A DNA stretch of 64,000 nt from Hemiscyllium ocellatum (Eukaryota), in the NCBI RefSeq assembly GCF_020745735.1, contig NC_083420.1:36394001-36458000 (forward strand), in the 5' to 3' direction. The translations under genes and the position numbers were made by a program. This document shows, piece by piece, positions 37,775-53,106 of this stretch. The notes below the pieces were generated by a model, which made no database searches, was not told the origin of the DNA, and saw only the letters and a program-made list of their open reading frames with translations. Numbering within the stretch: the stretch's first letter is position 1; each line of letters begins with the position of its first letter.

Positions 37775-40700
37775 TTGCCAACATTTGGCCTATATCCCTC
37801 TAAACTCTTGTTATTCATACGCCCACCCAGATGCCTTTTAGAACATAGAACAGTACAGCACAGTACTGGGCCCTTCGGCCCTCGATGTTGTGCCAGCCTT
37901 TTATTCTACTCAAAGAGCAGACTAACCTATATAGACTTCATTGTACTAACTTCCAAGGGTCACTTAAATGTCCCTAAATGTATCTGACTCTACTACCACT
38001 GCTGGCAGTGCATTCCACACACCTGCCACTTTACACCAGTGTATAGAACCCATCTCTGACATCTCTCCTAAACTTTCCTCCAATTACCTTAAAATTTTGC
38101 CCCCATCGTGATAGCCATTTCTGCCATGGGAAAAGGTCTGTCTATCCACTCTATCTATGCCTCTCAACATCTTGTACACCTCTACCAAGTTACCTCTCAT
38201 CCTTCGCTCAAATGAAAAGAGTCCCAGCTCCCTCAACCTTCCCTCATAAGACATGCCCACCAGTCCAGACAGCACCCTGACAAACATCCTCTGCACTCTC
38301 TTCAGAGCTTCCACATTTTTCCTATAATGAGGTGACCAGAACTAACAATATTCCAAGTGTGGTCTAACCAGGATTCTATAGACCTGCAGCATAACCTTGC
38401 AGTCTAAAACTCAATATCCCTGCTAATGAAAGCCAACACTATATGTCTTCTTAACAACCCTATCAACCTGGGTGGCAACTTTGAGGGATCTATGGACTTG
38501 GATCCCAAGATCCCTCAGTTCCTCCAAGCTGCCAAGAATCCTGCCTTTAACCCTGTATTCTGCATTCAAATCCGACCTTCCAAAGTGAATGACTTTTCCA
38601 GGTTGAACTCCAATCGGCCACTTATCAGCCCAACTCTGCATCCTGTCAATGTCTTGTTGCAACCAACAACAGCCCTCCACACTATCCACAACTTTCCTGT
38701 TGTTGGCAAACTTACTAACTCACCCTTTCACTTCCTCATCTAAGTGATCTATAAAAAAATCACAAACAGCAGAAATCCTGGAACTGATCCCTGCAGAACA
38801 CCACTGGTCACCAAGCTCTAGGCTGAATACTTTCCATCTACCAACACCCCTGTCTTCTATGTGTCTGCCAATTTGGTGTCCAGACTCTCAGGTTTCCCTA
38901 TTTCCCTTGCATCCTTACTTTCTGAATGAGCCTACCATGAGGAACCTTATCAAACATCTTGCTAAAATTCACGTACACCACACCTGTTGCTCTACCTTCA
39001 TCAACATTTTTTGTCACATACTGAAAGAATTCAATAAGGTTTGTGAGACATGACCTGTCCTGCACAAAGCCATGCTGACTCTCTCTAATCAATCTATAGT
39101 TTTCCACGTAATCATAAATCTTATCTTTCAGAATCTTCTGCAGTACTTTGTCCACCAGACATAAGGCTAACTGGTATAATTCCTAGGATTATTCCTATTC
39201 CCTTTCTTAAACAAGGAAATAAGATTTGCCAAACTCCAGTCACCGGGTACTACTCCAGTGGACTGTGAGGACGCAAAGATCATCGCCAAAGGTGCAGCAA
39301 TCTCTTTCCTCGCTTCCTGTAGTAACCTAGGGTATATCCCATCTGGTCCAGGGGACTTACCTATCCTTATGTTTTTCAAAATTTTCAGCACATCCTCCTT
39401 CCTAATATCAATCTGTTCTAGCATTTTAGTCTGTGTCATGGTGTCCTCACAAACATCAAGGACTCTCTCAGTAGCGAATACTGAAGCAAAGTATTCATTA
39501 AGAACCTCTCCTACTTCCTCCGATTCCAGGCGCAAGTTCACTCCACTATCCCCGATTGCTCTACCCTCACTCTCGCCATCCTCTTGTTCCTCACATAAGT
39601 GTAGAACAGCTTAGGGCTTTCCTTAATCCTACCCACTAAAGCTTTTTCATGCCCCCTTCTAGTTCTCCTAAGTCCATTCTTCAGTTCCTTCCTGGCTCCC
39701 CTGAAATCCTCTAAAGCCCCGTCTGATCATTGCCTTCTCAACCTTAAGTAAGCTTCCTTCTTCCTCTTGAAGAGATGTTCCACATCCCTTGTCACCCACA
39801 TCACTTGCTTGCCTCAGTGAGACAAACCTGTCAAGCACTATCAGCCAGTGCTTCCTAAGCAACATCCACATCTGTTATGTATTTCCCAGAGAACATCTGT
39901 TCCATATTTAGGCACTCCAGTTCCTGCCTTATGGCATTGTAATTCCCCTCCCCCAATTAAATACTTTCCCATACCATCTGCTCCTGTCCCTCTGCATGAG
40001 TATAGTGTGTATATTTTGGTGTCACTTGCAAACTTAGTAGTTGTTACTGTATCCGCCTCCACTGCTTCTTCTGGCAGCACATTGCAAACATACACCACCC
40101 TCTACATGAAAACGTTATCCCTCAGGTCCCTTTCAATTTTTCACCTCTCACTTTAATTCTATGCTCTCTAGTTTTGGACTCCCCAGCCAAGGAAAAACAC
40201 CTTGGCCATTCACTTTATCCATGCTCCTCATTATTTTATAAGCTTCTATAAGGTCACCCCTTAACCTCCAAAATTCCAGGGAAAAAGCACTGGCCTATTA
40301 AGCTTCTTCCCATAATTAAATCCTCCAATTGTAGCAACAGCAGCGTAAATCTTTTCAGCACCATCAAGTTTAATAACATCCTTCTTGTTGACCAGACTTA
40401 TTAGGAGTATTCCAAAATGGCCTCACCAATGTCCTGTACAACCACAGCGTGATGCTCCTACTCCCATACTCAATGTTCTGACCAATGAATGCAAGGATGC
40501 CAAATGCCTTCTTTACCAACCTTTCTACCTGCAGCTCCACTTTCAAGGCAGTATACACCTACATCTCTAGTCTCTTTGCAAGGCAACACTCCCCAGGCCC
40601 TACAATTAACTGTACAAGACCTGCTCTGATTGGCCTTACCAAAATGCAACACCTCACTTTTATTTAATAAAACTCCATCTGCCACTCATTGGCCAATCCA

Positions 40701-40985
40701 AGGTCCTGCTGTACTCCGAGGTAACCTTCATTGACCCGACACTACCTATTTTGATGTCATCTGCAAACTTTAATCATGCTCCTGCATAAATGATGTAAAT
40801 GTGAATATAAAATTACAAAAAGCAGTGGACCTAGCACTGATCATTGCAGCACATCTCTGGTCACAAGCCTCTAGTCCAATAAGCAATTTTCTTCCACCAC
40901 CCTCTGACTCCTACCTTCAAGTTCACCCTGGATCCCATTTGATCTAACCCTACTAACCCAGTCTACCACGTGGAACCTTAGTGCA
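37775..40985 (-). mobile_element. Composite of at least two CR1 LINE copies
   Basis: ORFs KSPGPDGIYPRLL, SQHGFV..RSCLTNLIEFF and RSLKVATQVDRVVKK; a second 3' end near 40030-40985. Confidence 0.88.
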
Positions 40986-41142
40986 TCAATTATTTTAGCA
41001 GTATAGGTTCTAACAGGACTTTATCTAGCTCACCAGCTATAGTAAACATAGCTGCCTCTCTCTCTCCTCACGGAGGGGAATTAGTTTTGACCCAAAGAAT
41101 CAAGCATGATTCCAGCTATCATGGGTATGATGTTGGTATTTA

Positions 41143-41256
<114 letters not shown>

Positions 41257-43754
41257 CTACGTAGAGATAAAAAGGATTAGGGACAACACACTCCGTGTGC
41301 CAAAGGAATAATAAATAGTGTAACCAAGTATGGACCCAGAGAAATATTAATAGCACAGAGGTAAATTCCTTGCTCAGGATAACAGAGCTAGCTGCTACGG
41401 TGGTCCTATTATTCGTTTTTTTTTTAAATGAATCACTTCAGGGAGGCATTGGCATAGTGGTAATGACCACTACTCGGGAACATGAATTTGAAACTGACCA
41501 TGGCAGCTGGTGGAACTTGAATTTAATTAATAAACATATGAAATTCAACTCAGTAATAGTGACCATGAAACCATTGTTGATAGTCAGAAAAATCCATCTG
41601 ATCAATTACTGCCCTTTCAGGAAAGAAATCAACTGTCCTTGCCACCTTACCTACAATCTTAATTGCTGTCTGAAATGACAAAGTTACTCACTCAGTGGTA
41701 TCATACTGCCACAGTAAGGTCAATTAGGAATGAAGTGGAATTGAATCCCTCGCACTGGAAACAATAAGAGCACACACAGGCTAGTTTTCTCTGCAGGGTA
41801 CTTAAAAACATCTGGGGCTTGTGCCAAATTTGGCGACCTGTCCGTAGCTTAGCCTGCCATAGAATAACAGATTACAGCCAACATACACACTGCCACCCCA
41901 AGGGGTGTCCTATCCCACAATCAAAATGGATTCACCATTGTGCATTTGCACACAGTAGCCAGAGAGTTTTCAACATAGACTCCAGACCCCACGGAGTCTC
42001 ATGACATCAGTTCAAGCAGAGGCAAAGAAATCTCTTATTAATTACCACCATCATTCCTCAGATGAGGGATCAGGACTTGGGAGTAGAACAGAGGAAGGCA
42101 AGGGCATAGGAATTAGTTCGGTAGCAGCATTATACTAAATCTTTCTTATCCGCGAGGGCTAGGAGCATGGACCTCCCATGGATAACATTAAAAACACAGA
42201 TAATGCTACAATAGAAATTCCTTAGTTACCATGAAGTAGCACGCAATCTGTTAGGAACTATCAATTAGGTGAAGATTCTGCAGCCAACCCCACAAATATG
42301 TGGACTGTAGCAAATAAGGCGGGATGAAAATTTGTGAATAGGGGCATATTTTTAAGGTAAGAGGAGAGAGGTTTAAAAAAAAAAAAGACATGAGGGGCAA
42401 ATGTATTACAGAGGACAGTTCACGTGTGGAATGAACTTCCTGAGGAAGTGGTGAACTTGTGTACAATTACAACAACATTAAAAAGCCATTCAGGTAAGTA
42501 CATGAAAGGATAAGGTTTGGAGGGGTTTGGGCCAGGAACAAGCGGGTGGGACTAGTTAAGTTTAGGATTATGGTCAGCACGGACTGGTTAGACCAAAGGA
42601 TCCATTTCCGTGATGTATGACTATGATTCTGAGTGAAGTCCGTGTACTCTCAGGGCTTGCAGATTCTAAAGAACATAGCTGCTAGACTGGGTCTGCTATA
42701 GGTAGTGAAGGAACTAACAAGGGAAAATCTAATTCTCCTTGATATCACCAATCTACTTGTCACAAATATCCATACATGACAATAGCAGAACATTGCACAT
42801 CCCTTGTTAGACAAAAATCTTCTCTTCATATTGAAGATACCCTCAATCTTTTACATGGGACGAGCACCTGCTAAATGGGATAATTGGTCAGCAGATCTAG
42901 TAACTGAAGATTCAAAGTCACTGTGAGATATCAGCAGCTGAAGAATTGTTTTCGACTACAATCTGTAATTTCATGACCCAGCGCATCTCCCACTCTGCTA
43001 TTGCCGAATGCAGTATCAAATGCCAGGAAAAGCACCAGCCATAACTAAAATGGTTGACACCTGGTGAAGCAAGAACATTATATTATTTGGCATGCAAATA
43101 CTCCAAGAAATTTACAATAGACAGAGCTAAGCAATCCAACAACAATCACCTCAGATTCAAGTTCTGCAGTCCTGCCACATCAGTTGACGATGATGGCAGA
43201 CAATTAACATCTAACTGGAGGAGGCTCCACACTCTCCATGATGGGGATGATCAGAAGATCAGCAAAAAAGACAAGCCAGAAGCTCTTGCAAGAACTTCAG
43301 CCAAATGTGCTACGTGATGATCCCATCTTAGCTTCCTCCTGAGGTTGCCAGCATCACAAATAACAACCTTCAGCCAAACTGATTCACTCCATGTGATATC
43401 AACAATTGACAGATGACACTGGATACTGCAAATGCTATGAGCAGTGATAACATTGCAGAATTAGTACTGAAGATGTGTGCCTCAGCTGTATCCCTAGCCC
43501 AGGTTTTCCAGTCCACCTACAACAGTGACATCTAGTTAGGAATATGGGAAATTGCCCAGGTATGTCCTGCCCACAAAGCAGGTCAAATACAACCTAACCA
43601 TTTAATCACAAAATCAGGCTATTAAAATTATGAAGGATTATTGTCAGTGAGATGAAGCAGCACAAATCAAAGATTAACAGCTTACTGAATTCTGTTCAGT
43701 TAGGGCTACTCAGCTTATGATCTCATTATAGCCTTGGCCTAAATCTGCACAAAA

Positions 43755-46460
43755 TCCTGCAGGTTCCAGGATTTAGATGTTTCAGTAATAACAGAGAAGA
43801 TGGTAAAAGAGGGGGAGGTGTGGCATTGTTGGTCAAGGACAGTATTACAGTTGCAGAAAGGATGTTAGGGGACTCGTCAACTGAGGTAGTATGGGCTGAG
43901 GTTAGAAACAGGAAAGGAGAGGTCACCCTGTTGGGAGTTTTTCATAGGCCTCCGAATAGTTCCAGAGATGTAGAGGAAAGGATAGCAAAGATGATTCTTG
44001 ATATGAGTGAGAGAGAGAGAGAGACAGGGTAGTTGGCATTGGGGACTTCAACTTTCCAAATATTGACTGGGAACACTATAGTACGAGTACTATAGATGGG
44101 TCAGTTTTTGTCCAATGTGTGCAGGAGGGCTTCCTGGCACAGTATGTAGACAGGCCAACAAGGGGTGAAGCCACATTAGATTTGGTACTGTGCAACGAGC
44201 CCAGCCAGGTGTTAGGCTTGGATGTAGGTGAGCACTTCGGTGATAGCGATCACAATTCTGTCATGTTTATTTTAGTGATAGAAAGGGATAGGTGTATACC
44301 ACTGGGCAAGTGTTACAGCTGGGGGAAAGGCAATTACGATGAGATTAGGCAAGATTTAGGAAGCACAGGATGGGGAAGGAAACTGCAGGGGATGGACACA
44401 AGAGAAATGTGGAGCTTATTCAAGGAAAAGTTCCGAGTGTCCGAGATAAGTATGTACCTGTCAGGCAGGGAGGAAGCTGTAGAGCACGGGAGGCGTGGTT
44501 TACGAAGGAAGTGGAATCTTTGGTCAAGAGGAAGAAGAAGGCTTATGTTAGGATGAGATACGAAGGCTCAGTTAGGGCGTTTGAGGGTTACAAGGTAGCC
44601 AGGAAAGACTGAAAGAGAGAGAGCTCAGAAGAGCCAGGAGGAGACATGAGAAGTTGTTGGCAGATAGGATCAGGGGAAGCCCTAAGGCTTTCTATAGGTA
44701 TTTAAAGAATAAAAGAATGAGGAGAGTAAGATTAGGGCCAATCAAGGATAGTAGTGGGAAGTTGTGTGTGGAGTCAGAGGAGATAGGGGAAGCACTAAAT
44801 GAATATTTTGCGACAGTATTCATTCTAGAAAACGACAATGTTGTTGAGGAGAATACTGAGATACAGGCTACTAGACTAGGTGGGATTGAGGTTCACAAGG
44901 AAGAGGTATTAGAAATCCTGCAGAGTGTGAAAATAGATAAGTCCCCTGGGCCGGATGGGATTTATCCTAGGATCCTCTGGGAAGCCAGGGAGGAGATTGC
45001 TGAGCCTTTGACATTGATCTTTAAATCGTCATTGTCTACAGGAATAGTACCAGAAGACTGGAGGATAGCAAATGTGGTTCCCCTGTTTAAGAAGGCAAGT
45101 AGAGACAACCCTAATAAGTATAGACCAGTGAACCTTACTTCAGTTGTTGGTAAAGTGTTGGAAAAGGTTATAAGAGATAGGATTTCTAATCAAAAAGAAG
45201 AGAATAATTTGATTAGAGATAGTCAGCACGGTTTTGTGAAGGGTAGGTCATGCCTCACAAACCTTATTGAGATCTTTGAGAAGGTGACCAAACAGATAGA
45301 TGAGAGTAAACCGGTTGATGTGGTGTATATGGATTTCAGCAAAGTGTTCGATAAGATTCCCCACAGTAGGCTATTGTACAGAATGCGGAGGAATGGGATT
45401 GTGGGAGATATAGCAGTTTGGATCAGGAATTGGCTTGCTGAAAGAAGACAGAGGGTGTTTGTTGATGGGAAATGTTCATCCAGGAGTCCAGTTACTAGTG
45501 GTGCACCGCAAGGGTTGGTGTTGGGTCCACTGCTGTTTGTCATTTTTATAAATGACCTGGATGAGGGCGTAGAAGGTTGGGTTAGTAAATTCGCAGACAA
45601 CACTACGGTCAGTGGAATTTGGATAGTGACGAAGGATGTTGTAGGTTACAGAGACATAGAAAAGCTGCAGAGTTGGGCTGAGGTGGCAAATGGAGTTTAA
45701 TGCGGACAAGTGTGAGGTGATTCACTTTGGTCGGAGTAACCAGAATGCAAAGTACTGGGCTAATGGTAAGATTCTTGGTAGCGTAGATGAGCAGAGAGAT
45801 CTCAGTGTCCAGGTACACAGATCCTTGAAAGTTGTCACCCAGGTTGACAGGGTTGTTAAGAAGGCATACAGTGTTTTAGCTTTTATTAATAGAGGGATCG
45901 AGTTCCGGAACCATGAGGTTATGCGACAGCTGTACAAAACTCTGGTGCGGCCGCACTTGGAGTATTGCGTACAGTTCTGGTCACCACATTACATGCAGGA
46001 TGTGGAAGCTTTGGAAAGGGTGCAGAGGAGATTTACTTGGATGTTGCCTGGTATGGAGGGGAGGTCTTAAGAGGAAAGGCTGAGGGACTTGAGGCTGTTT
46101 TCATTGGAGAGAAGAAGGTTGAGATGCTACTTAATAGAGACATATAAGATAATCAGAGGGTTAGATAGGTGGATAGGGAGAGCCTTTTTCCAAGTATGAT
46201 GACAATGAGCACGAAGGGGCATAGCTTTAAATTGAGGGGTTAGAGATATAAGACAGATGTCAGAGGTAGTTTCTTTACTCAGACAGTAGTAAGGGTATGG
46301 AATGCTTTGCCTGCAACGATAGTAGATTCGCCATTTAAGTTGTCATTGGACAAACATATGGACGTACATGGAATAGTGTAGGTTAGATGGGCTTCAGATT
46401 GGTGTGACTGGTCAGCGCAACATTGAGGGCTGAAGGGCTGTACCACGCTATAATGTTCTA
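43755..46460 (+). mobile_element. Young 5'-truncated CR1 LINE ORF2 (APE, RT, 3' tail) inserted into an older LINE remnant (~42680-47250)
   Basis: 348-aa ORF with KSPGPDGIYPRIL...QHGF...PQGLVLGPLLF...FADN and few frameshifts. Flanks rejoin as one degraded RT-like sequence. Confidence 0.92.
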
Positions 46461-47888
46461 AAAGAGGTTAACATGAGGGGCGAGTCAGAGTGATTGCCCT
46501 TGACATCAAAGCCATATTTGTACAGTTATAGCATCAAGTAGCCATTGCAAAATTGGAATTAAGGATAAAACTCAGCTGTTTTGTGTCATACCTAGCACAG
46601 AGGAAGGTAGTTGTGCTTGTCAGAGGTCAACCATCTTAGACCCAGAAAATAATTGCACGTGCTCCTCCGGATAGTTTTCTTGATCCAACCATTTCTATCT
46701 GCTTCAATGATGTTCCTTCCATACTATAGTTAGAAGTGAGGATCTTTACTGTTCGTGTTCAGCACCATTTGCAACCTCTCGTGTACTGAAGCAACTCATG
46801 TCCTTATTCAGCAAGGCCTGAAGAACAACCAAGCTTTGGCTGATAAATCATCCAGGACAAAGCAGTCCACATGACTGACATTGAATGGGGAGCCAATAAT
46901 ATCTACTCTATTCACCACTGACACATAGCAGTAACAGTGTATATATCATCTATAAGATGCACTTCAATAAACTGCCAAGCTCCTTGACAGCAACTTCCAA
47001 ACCCACCACCTCTACTAAGAATAAGGCAGCAGATACTTGTGAAAACCACCAGCTGCAAATTCTTCTCCAAGCCATGCATCATCCTGACCTAGAACCAACT
47101 CACCGTTCCTTCACTGTCATTGGATCAAGACAGCACTAACAGCACTGAGGATCCCCACTCCCCAAGGACTGCTGTAGTTCAAAAAGGCTTCTCACTATAT
47201 TCACAAGGGAAATTTGAATGGCCAACAAGCCATGAACAAATAAAAACACCTCATTAGCTATTTTTGATTAAAAGCTACTGACCTGTACTTTATCAACACT
47301 TCAGTGACATCATATCCAGCATTACATATCGGGCGTTTGAATCCCAATTTTTAAATTATGAGTAAAGCAGCGGTATAGATTAAAAGAAAGCAAACAAATC
47401 CTTCATCCTGGATTCCACTAAATCTTGGAACGTCTTGCCCATATGCCCAAATCTGAGAATAGACTTGCTCAGTGATATGAAAATTCCTAGAAGAAACTCA
47501 ACCCAAATTAACACTATCCTTGAATTAATGGTCAGTCAACAAAAACAACTTAGTCTGTGTGCTGGTGTGTGTACACTTGAGTGAGGGAGTGACAGAGTCC
47601 ACGTTGAGAATACATCAGTTTAGGTCATTAAAAGAACAATAGCAGCTGGAAACAAATAATTACCAAGCACAACTCCATCTGTCGTAGACTGAACAATCTC
47701 TTATCACCATGGACCACTGACAAATGATCAACAATAGACATCTGTTCAGTGGGTTAAAGACAAGTTGGTCTTTGTATTCAACTACTGAAATAAAAAATTG
47801 ATTTCTTGAAGCAGTAATAAAATCAGTTCAGGTTCAGACAATACATCTACCTTCTATATCTCCCAAGACTCTAACTCCTCCTTCATTC

Positions 47889-47932
47889 TTAGTGATAGAA
47901 AGGGATAGGTGTATACCACTGGGCAAGTGTTA
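47889..47932 (+). repeat. Isolated exact 44-bp copy of 44272-44315
   Basis: ttagtgatagaaagggataggtgtataccactgggcaagtgtta occurs at both sites; the flanks are unrelated. Confidence 0.85.
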
Positions 47933-48089
47933 AGTTCTGGGCCAAGAGGTGAATGTTCATGTCCCACCTGTCCTGGAGATAGCTACTCCAACATCCCCTC
48001 CCCTAAAATAATCTTTACAGCCGAATTCCTCTAACATGCCTGGGTAGGCCCAATTCTCAGAAGGTCTTATAATTTCTTCTTTCAAGCTA

Positions 48090-48338
<249 letters not shown>

Positions 48339-49360
48339 TCAATAGGAAGCTAATATACAAATGACTTAGTCCCACATGCCATGCGAATAGAGTGCAATCC
48401 AACTGCTTCTAAAAATCAACTAATACAATACAACAGGACCCCTGTATCTTTGCATGCAGAAAATCAAAGTTTATCATGCTCTTCCTCGATAACCACTCTT
48501 GTTCAGGAGATCTGAAGTTTAGAGCTTCTCAACATTGCCAGGAAGATGAACTTGATTCTGGGTCTGGAAGAAGTGGGTGTACTGGTCTAATATGAAACAA
48601 CTACCTATTTATAAGTTTATAAGAAAGCAGCTTGCCAAAAGGCTGCTGTATTTCTTCATTCTATTCCAAGGTGTTTCACTATGCAGAGGTGCTAAGTGGA
48701 GAGAACACTTATTCAGTTGGACAAACCAACAAACTGAGCTTTAACAAATTTTCAGCTAAAAGATTCCAGGTTGACTGGTGCATGTGCAGCTAGTTCACTA
48801 CTGCCAGTGTTGGCTGGGGCAACAAATACGTAACCACATCTTCCTTGTACTCATCAGGGAGAAAAGACCTATCTGCAAACATTCCTCGTTCTGACCACTT
48901 GGTAAAGTTTCTTGCTGGAAAGTAAGAATGAAGGTGGACTTGACCAGTTCCTGTATTCCACATATTTCTCCTGCAGTCTGTCACCATGGCAGGGCACTTG
49001 AGAGGTGGGATTGTCCCACAGGGCTGGAGCTAATGACCAGAGAAAGGACGTTGGCAAACAATGAAAATAGGGAATAACCTTGTGCTGTCTCACCCATTCT
49101 GTAATCACTTTCTTAAATCCTTTGCATCTCAGTGCAGTAAAATCTCTGCTGCAGACAGTATTTTTAAAGCTTCAATGAACTCATTCAAAATAGAACAACA
49201 TCTCTGAAGCAGATGGAACTTGAATCTGGATTTCCTGACCCAGAGCTAGGGACACTGAAACCACACCACAAAATGCTAATTTCTAGATATGATTGATGTA
49301 TAAAACCTTTCCAGTCCTATGTTACAGTAATTTCCATGTCTGTACAATGCATTTGCCTCA

Positions 49361-49501
<141 letters not shown>

Positions 49502-50696
49502 TTATAATAAATTCTCTGGATGAAGTATTTACTGGTTTGAAGTGATCAATAGATTTGAACTCAACATCCTTGTAAACTACTCCAGGGAGTTCCTGGTTTC
49601 TCTGTGGGCAAGTATACCACACACTGTTCAGGTGTGGTACTGAGACAGGCATACCAGACGATCCCAGATTTGTGCAATTACCTGATCGCTCCATAGCTAC
49701 AATCTGTTGGCCTATATTCATTTCAATAAACCTGGGTCTACAGCAATACAAAAAAAACCTGTCAGAAGCACTGAAAGGTCTCCACTCACAAATGTTGGGA
49801 GATACAATGGGGTACAAAATAGGTTTATTAGATTAGTAATTATTATTATTAGATTAGTAACCCAGGGGCCTGTACTAATGACCCAGAAAAAGGAATTCAA
49901 ATTCAGTTAGTTAATTATATAAATCAACTACTAAAATAAAAGAATCATTAAAAAGTGATCATGATACTAGATTGATGTGAAAATTCACTTGGTTCATTAA
50001 TGTAATTCCAGACCTGCATTATTGCACCTATTCCAGATCCAGGAGTGTTGAAATTAATTACAATCCTTACAAATTGACAGTAACTGGTCATTCTTGACTT
50101 CTCCCTGAAATAGCCTAGGTATCCCCTTACATCCTCTCATGAAGCAAGTTCACCACCAATGAAGGATTGGAAATAATGCTGGCCTTAAAAGTAACATGCA
50201 TGTCTTGCATATACGCGATAAAAAAAAAAGCATCTCCAACTAATACTGAGGCACATGAGGAAATATTAGGACAGGTAACAAAAAGCTTGCTCAGAGATTA
50301 AAAAAAATTAAGGAGTGCCTCAAAGCAGGTGAAAGAAGGGTAGAGTGTAGAAAGTTTCAGCTACCTAATTTAAGAATCAGGGGCTGAGACACTGAATACA
50401 CAGTATTCACTAATGGGCGAAAACTCGAGGCCAGAATTGAAAAAGAGATGCTGGAGGAAATTGAAATTTAAAAAAAAAGACCATTTACTATAGATGGAAA
50501 GCAGGGAAGGGGCTGTATATAACTATGAACACTACCATAAGGAATTACAATTGAGGTGGTGTCAGACCAGGAGCCAAATAGGTCAGCAAGATTATGGTAA
50601 TAAGTGAGCAGACCCTGATGCTTGTCATGACTGAGAAAGTTGTCCAAACACATTTAAAAAGAGGCATTTGAATGTTCCTACATCCAGTCCACTTAC

Positions 50697-50765
50697 CTTG
50701 CCATTTAAGACAATGTTCTGGCTTCCACAAAGCACAGACTGCCTGCTCACCTTGTTGCCAGAGGC
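50697..50765 (-). CDS. DCTN5: DCTN5 exon 2: [23 protein letters not shown]
   Basis: 69 bp, GT-AG. Confidence 0.96.
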
Positions 50766-51079
50766 CTGTAGACACAAGTCATATTTTTCATATTAGTTCA
50801 TATTGACAGGAAAAATTATAAAATCAGTCAGTACTGTCGTGACCATAGTTGCTAACAACAAATTACAGAGTGCTGATACAGCCATACAGACTAATGGCTG
50901 TCTGGACAGACATCCAGAGAATGTCACACCTAAAGATGAAAAGGTAATCTGAAAAATCATTCTGCAAAAAGGGGGGAAAAGAGTCAAAGCAAATTAGGCT
51001 GTACAGTAATCTCATGACAAAAAATAATGCAGGGCTAATAACAACCCTGCACCAAGACAAACCACCATCTGTGTCATAG

Positions 51080-52660
51080 CGTCACATAGACATACAACAC
51101 AGAAACAAACCCTTCAGTACAACTCGTCTGTACCAACCAGATATCCTAACCTAATCTAGTCCCATTTGCCAGCACTTGATCCATATCTGTCTAAACCCTT
51201 TCTATTCACATGCCCATCCAGATGCCTTTTAAATGCTGCAATTGTATCAGCCCCATGCACCACCCTCTATGAAAAAGCTGCCCATTAGGTCCCTTTTATA
51301 TCTTTCTCCCCTCACCCTAAACCAATGCCCTCTCTTTCTCGACTCCCCCATCCCAGGGAAAAGACCTTGTCTATTTATCCTATCCATGTCCCTCATGATT
51401 TTATAAATTTCTTTAAGGTCACCCCTCAGCCTCCAACCCTGTAGGTTATGTGACATTGGTGTTTTACACAAGGACAGGAGGTGGTGTAGTGATAGTGTCA
51501 ATAATTCTAGACCAAGAGCCCTGGGATCAAGTCTCACATGTTCCAGAAGTATATAACATCCCTGAACATATGGATCAAAATATATCCACACATGGACAGG
51601 GTTTAAAAGGCCAGTTTCAACTCTACTGTGTTGGAGTGTGCTGGCAGGATTGAAGTTCCTGTGTATCCCAACAGGCTAAGGTAATCCAGTGTACTATCTA
51701 GAGTTCAAGCATTAACATGCTATGAAGGTCTCAAAGAACCATCTTCTAGTCACCCATGTTACAGATAAAAGAACTTTCTCACTCAGACAGCTACTAAAGC
51801 TAGAAAGTCAGACAAAAGCCATCAGATCAACAAAGTAATCTGTCTCATCAGTGGGTACAGGAGCTGAAATTGGCTGATTGGCCACTCAAGTCTGCTCTGG
51901 CATCCAACTCCACTTTCCCATCTTTACCCCATAACTTTTAATTCTATTAGATTATAACCATCTGTCTATCTCAGCTTTGAACACACTTAATAACCCAGCC
52001 TCAATATCTCTCTGCAGTAAAGAAATTTATGACCACTGGAATAAAAAACAATCATTCTCTATACAGCCTCAAATAGCAAGATATCATTCTTTAGATAAGG
52101 GGACTAAAACTTCACAGCATTCTAGGTGTTGTTTAACTATTACTCTATACAATTTTAGTGAGACTTCCCTAAAGGCCAACCATCTATTTGCTTCTGTTGA
52201 ACCTGCATTTTTTTAAATTTATGCATTTGGACACATAAATCCCTGTGCTACAGATTTCTGCAGCCCCTTTTGAAAAACATTCAGCTCTTCTATTGTTCCA
52301 AGCAAAGTGCATAACCTCATATTATATTCCATCTGCTAAGATTCTGCCACACACTTCATCAGCATCCCTGTGAATACTTTGCATCATCCTCACTACTTGC
52401 CTTCCCACCTATTTCTGTGTCATCTGCAAACTTGGCTATCATACAGTCACTCCCCTAATCCAAGTTATTAATATGGATTGTAAATAATTACAGACACAGC
52501 ACTGAACACTGTGGCACTTCACTGGTTACAGGGATCCAAAAATGCCCTTCTTGCTCCAAGTCTGTCTTCTATTAGTTAGCCAATCCTCTATCCATGCCAA
52601 TACACTATCCCAACACCAAGGGCTTATCATGTTGAGTAGCTTAACGAAAGTTACCTTAGT
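51080..52660 (-). mobile_element. CR1 LINE 3' fragments (51080-51440 and 51880-52660)
   Basis: RLRGDLKEIYKIMR...RGHWFRVRG plus tail similarity to other copies. Confidence 0.75.
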
Positions 52661-53058
52661 GAATGCACGTTAGCGCAGCATCTACTTAAGCCTTTCCTAA
52701 CTGTACACCCAGTAAACAAAGAATTTGCATTAATGGAAAATGCCTCTTAACCTCGGGTCTTTGTAAAGCACAGTACAGCTATTGAAATAATTTTGAAGTC
52801 GCCACTACAAGGTAGTAAATTCTGTAGCCAATTACTACGAAGGAAAACTCTCCTTCGCCGAAGTAGCACCATGGGCTATGTTACATCAACCGAAACAAAC
52901 AGATAGGGTTGTCAGCTGAAGATCTGATCCAAAAGGCAGCTCCTCCGGCTGTGGGGGAATCCTCCCTGCCCATCTCTCATTCACCATCCCGAACTGATGT
53001 CGAATCCTCTCTTACTGAAAACAGAACAAAAACACCCGCGACACCATGAGACCCTCAC

Positions 53059-53106
53059 CGTCTCGATGTACTCCGCCTTGTTATACAGAATCTCACACAG
53101 CTCCAT
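53059..53106 (-). CDS. DCTN5: DCTN5 exon 1: MELCEILYNKAEYIET
   Basis: ATG at 53106, ACG|gtgag donor. Summed CDS is 549 bp (182 aa). Confidence 0.95.

Noticed and set aside
44654-46070. Long RT ORFs as a host or domesticated gene
   Set aside because: Frameshifted, 5'-truncated CR1 ORF2 with the catalytic DD mutated (FADN); many sibling fragments in the window.
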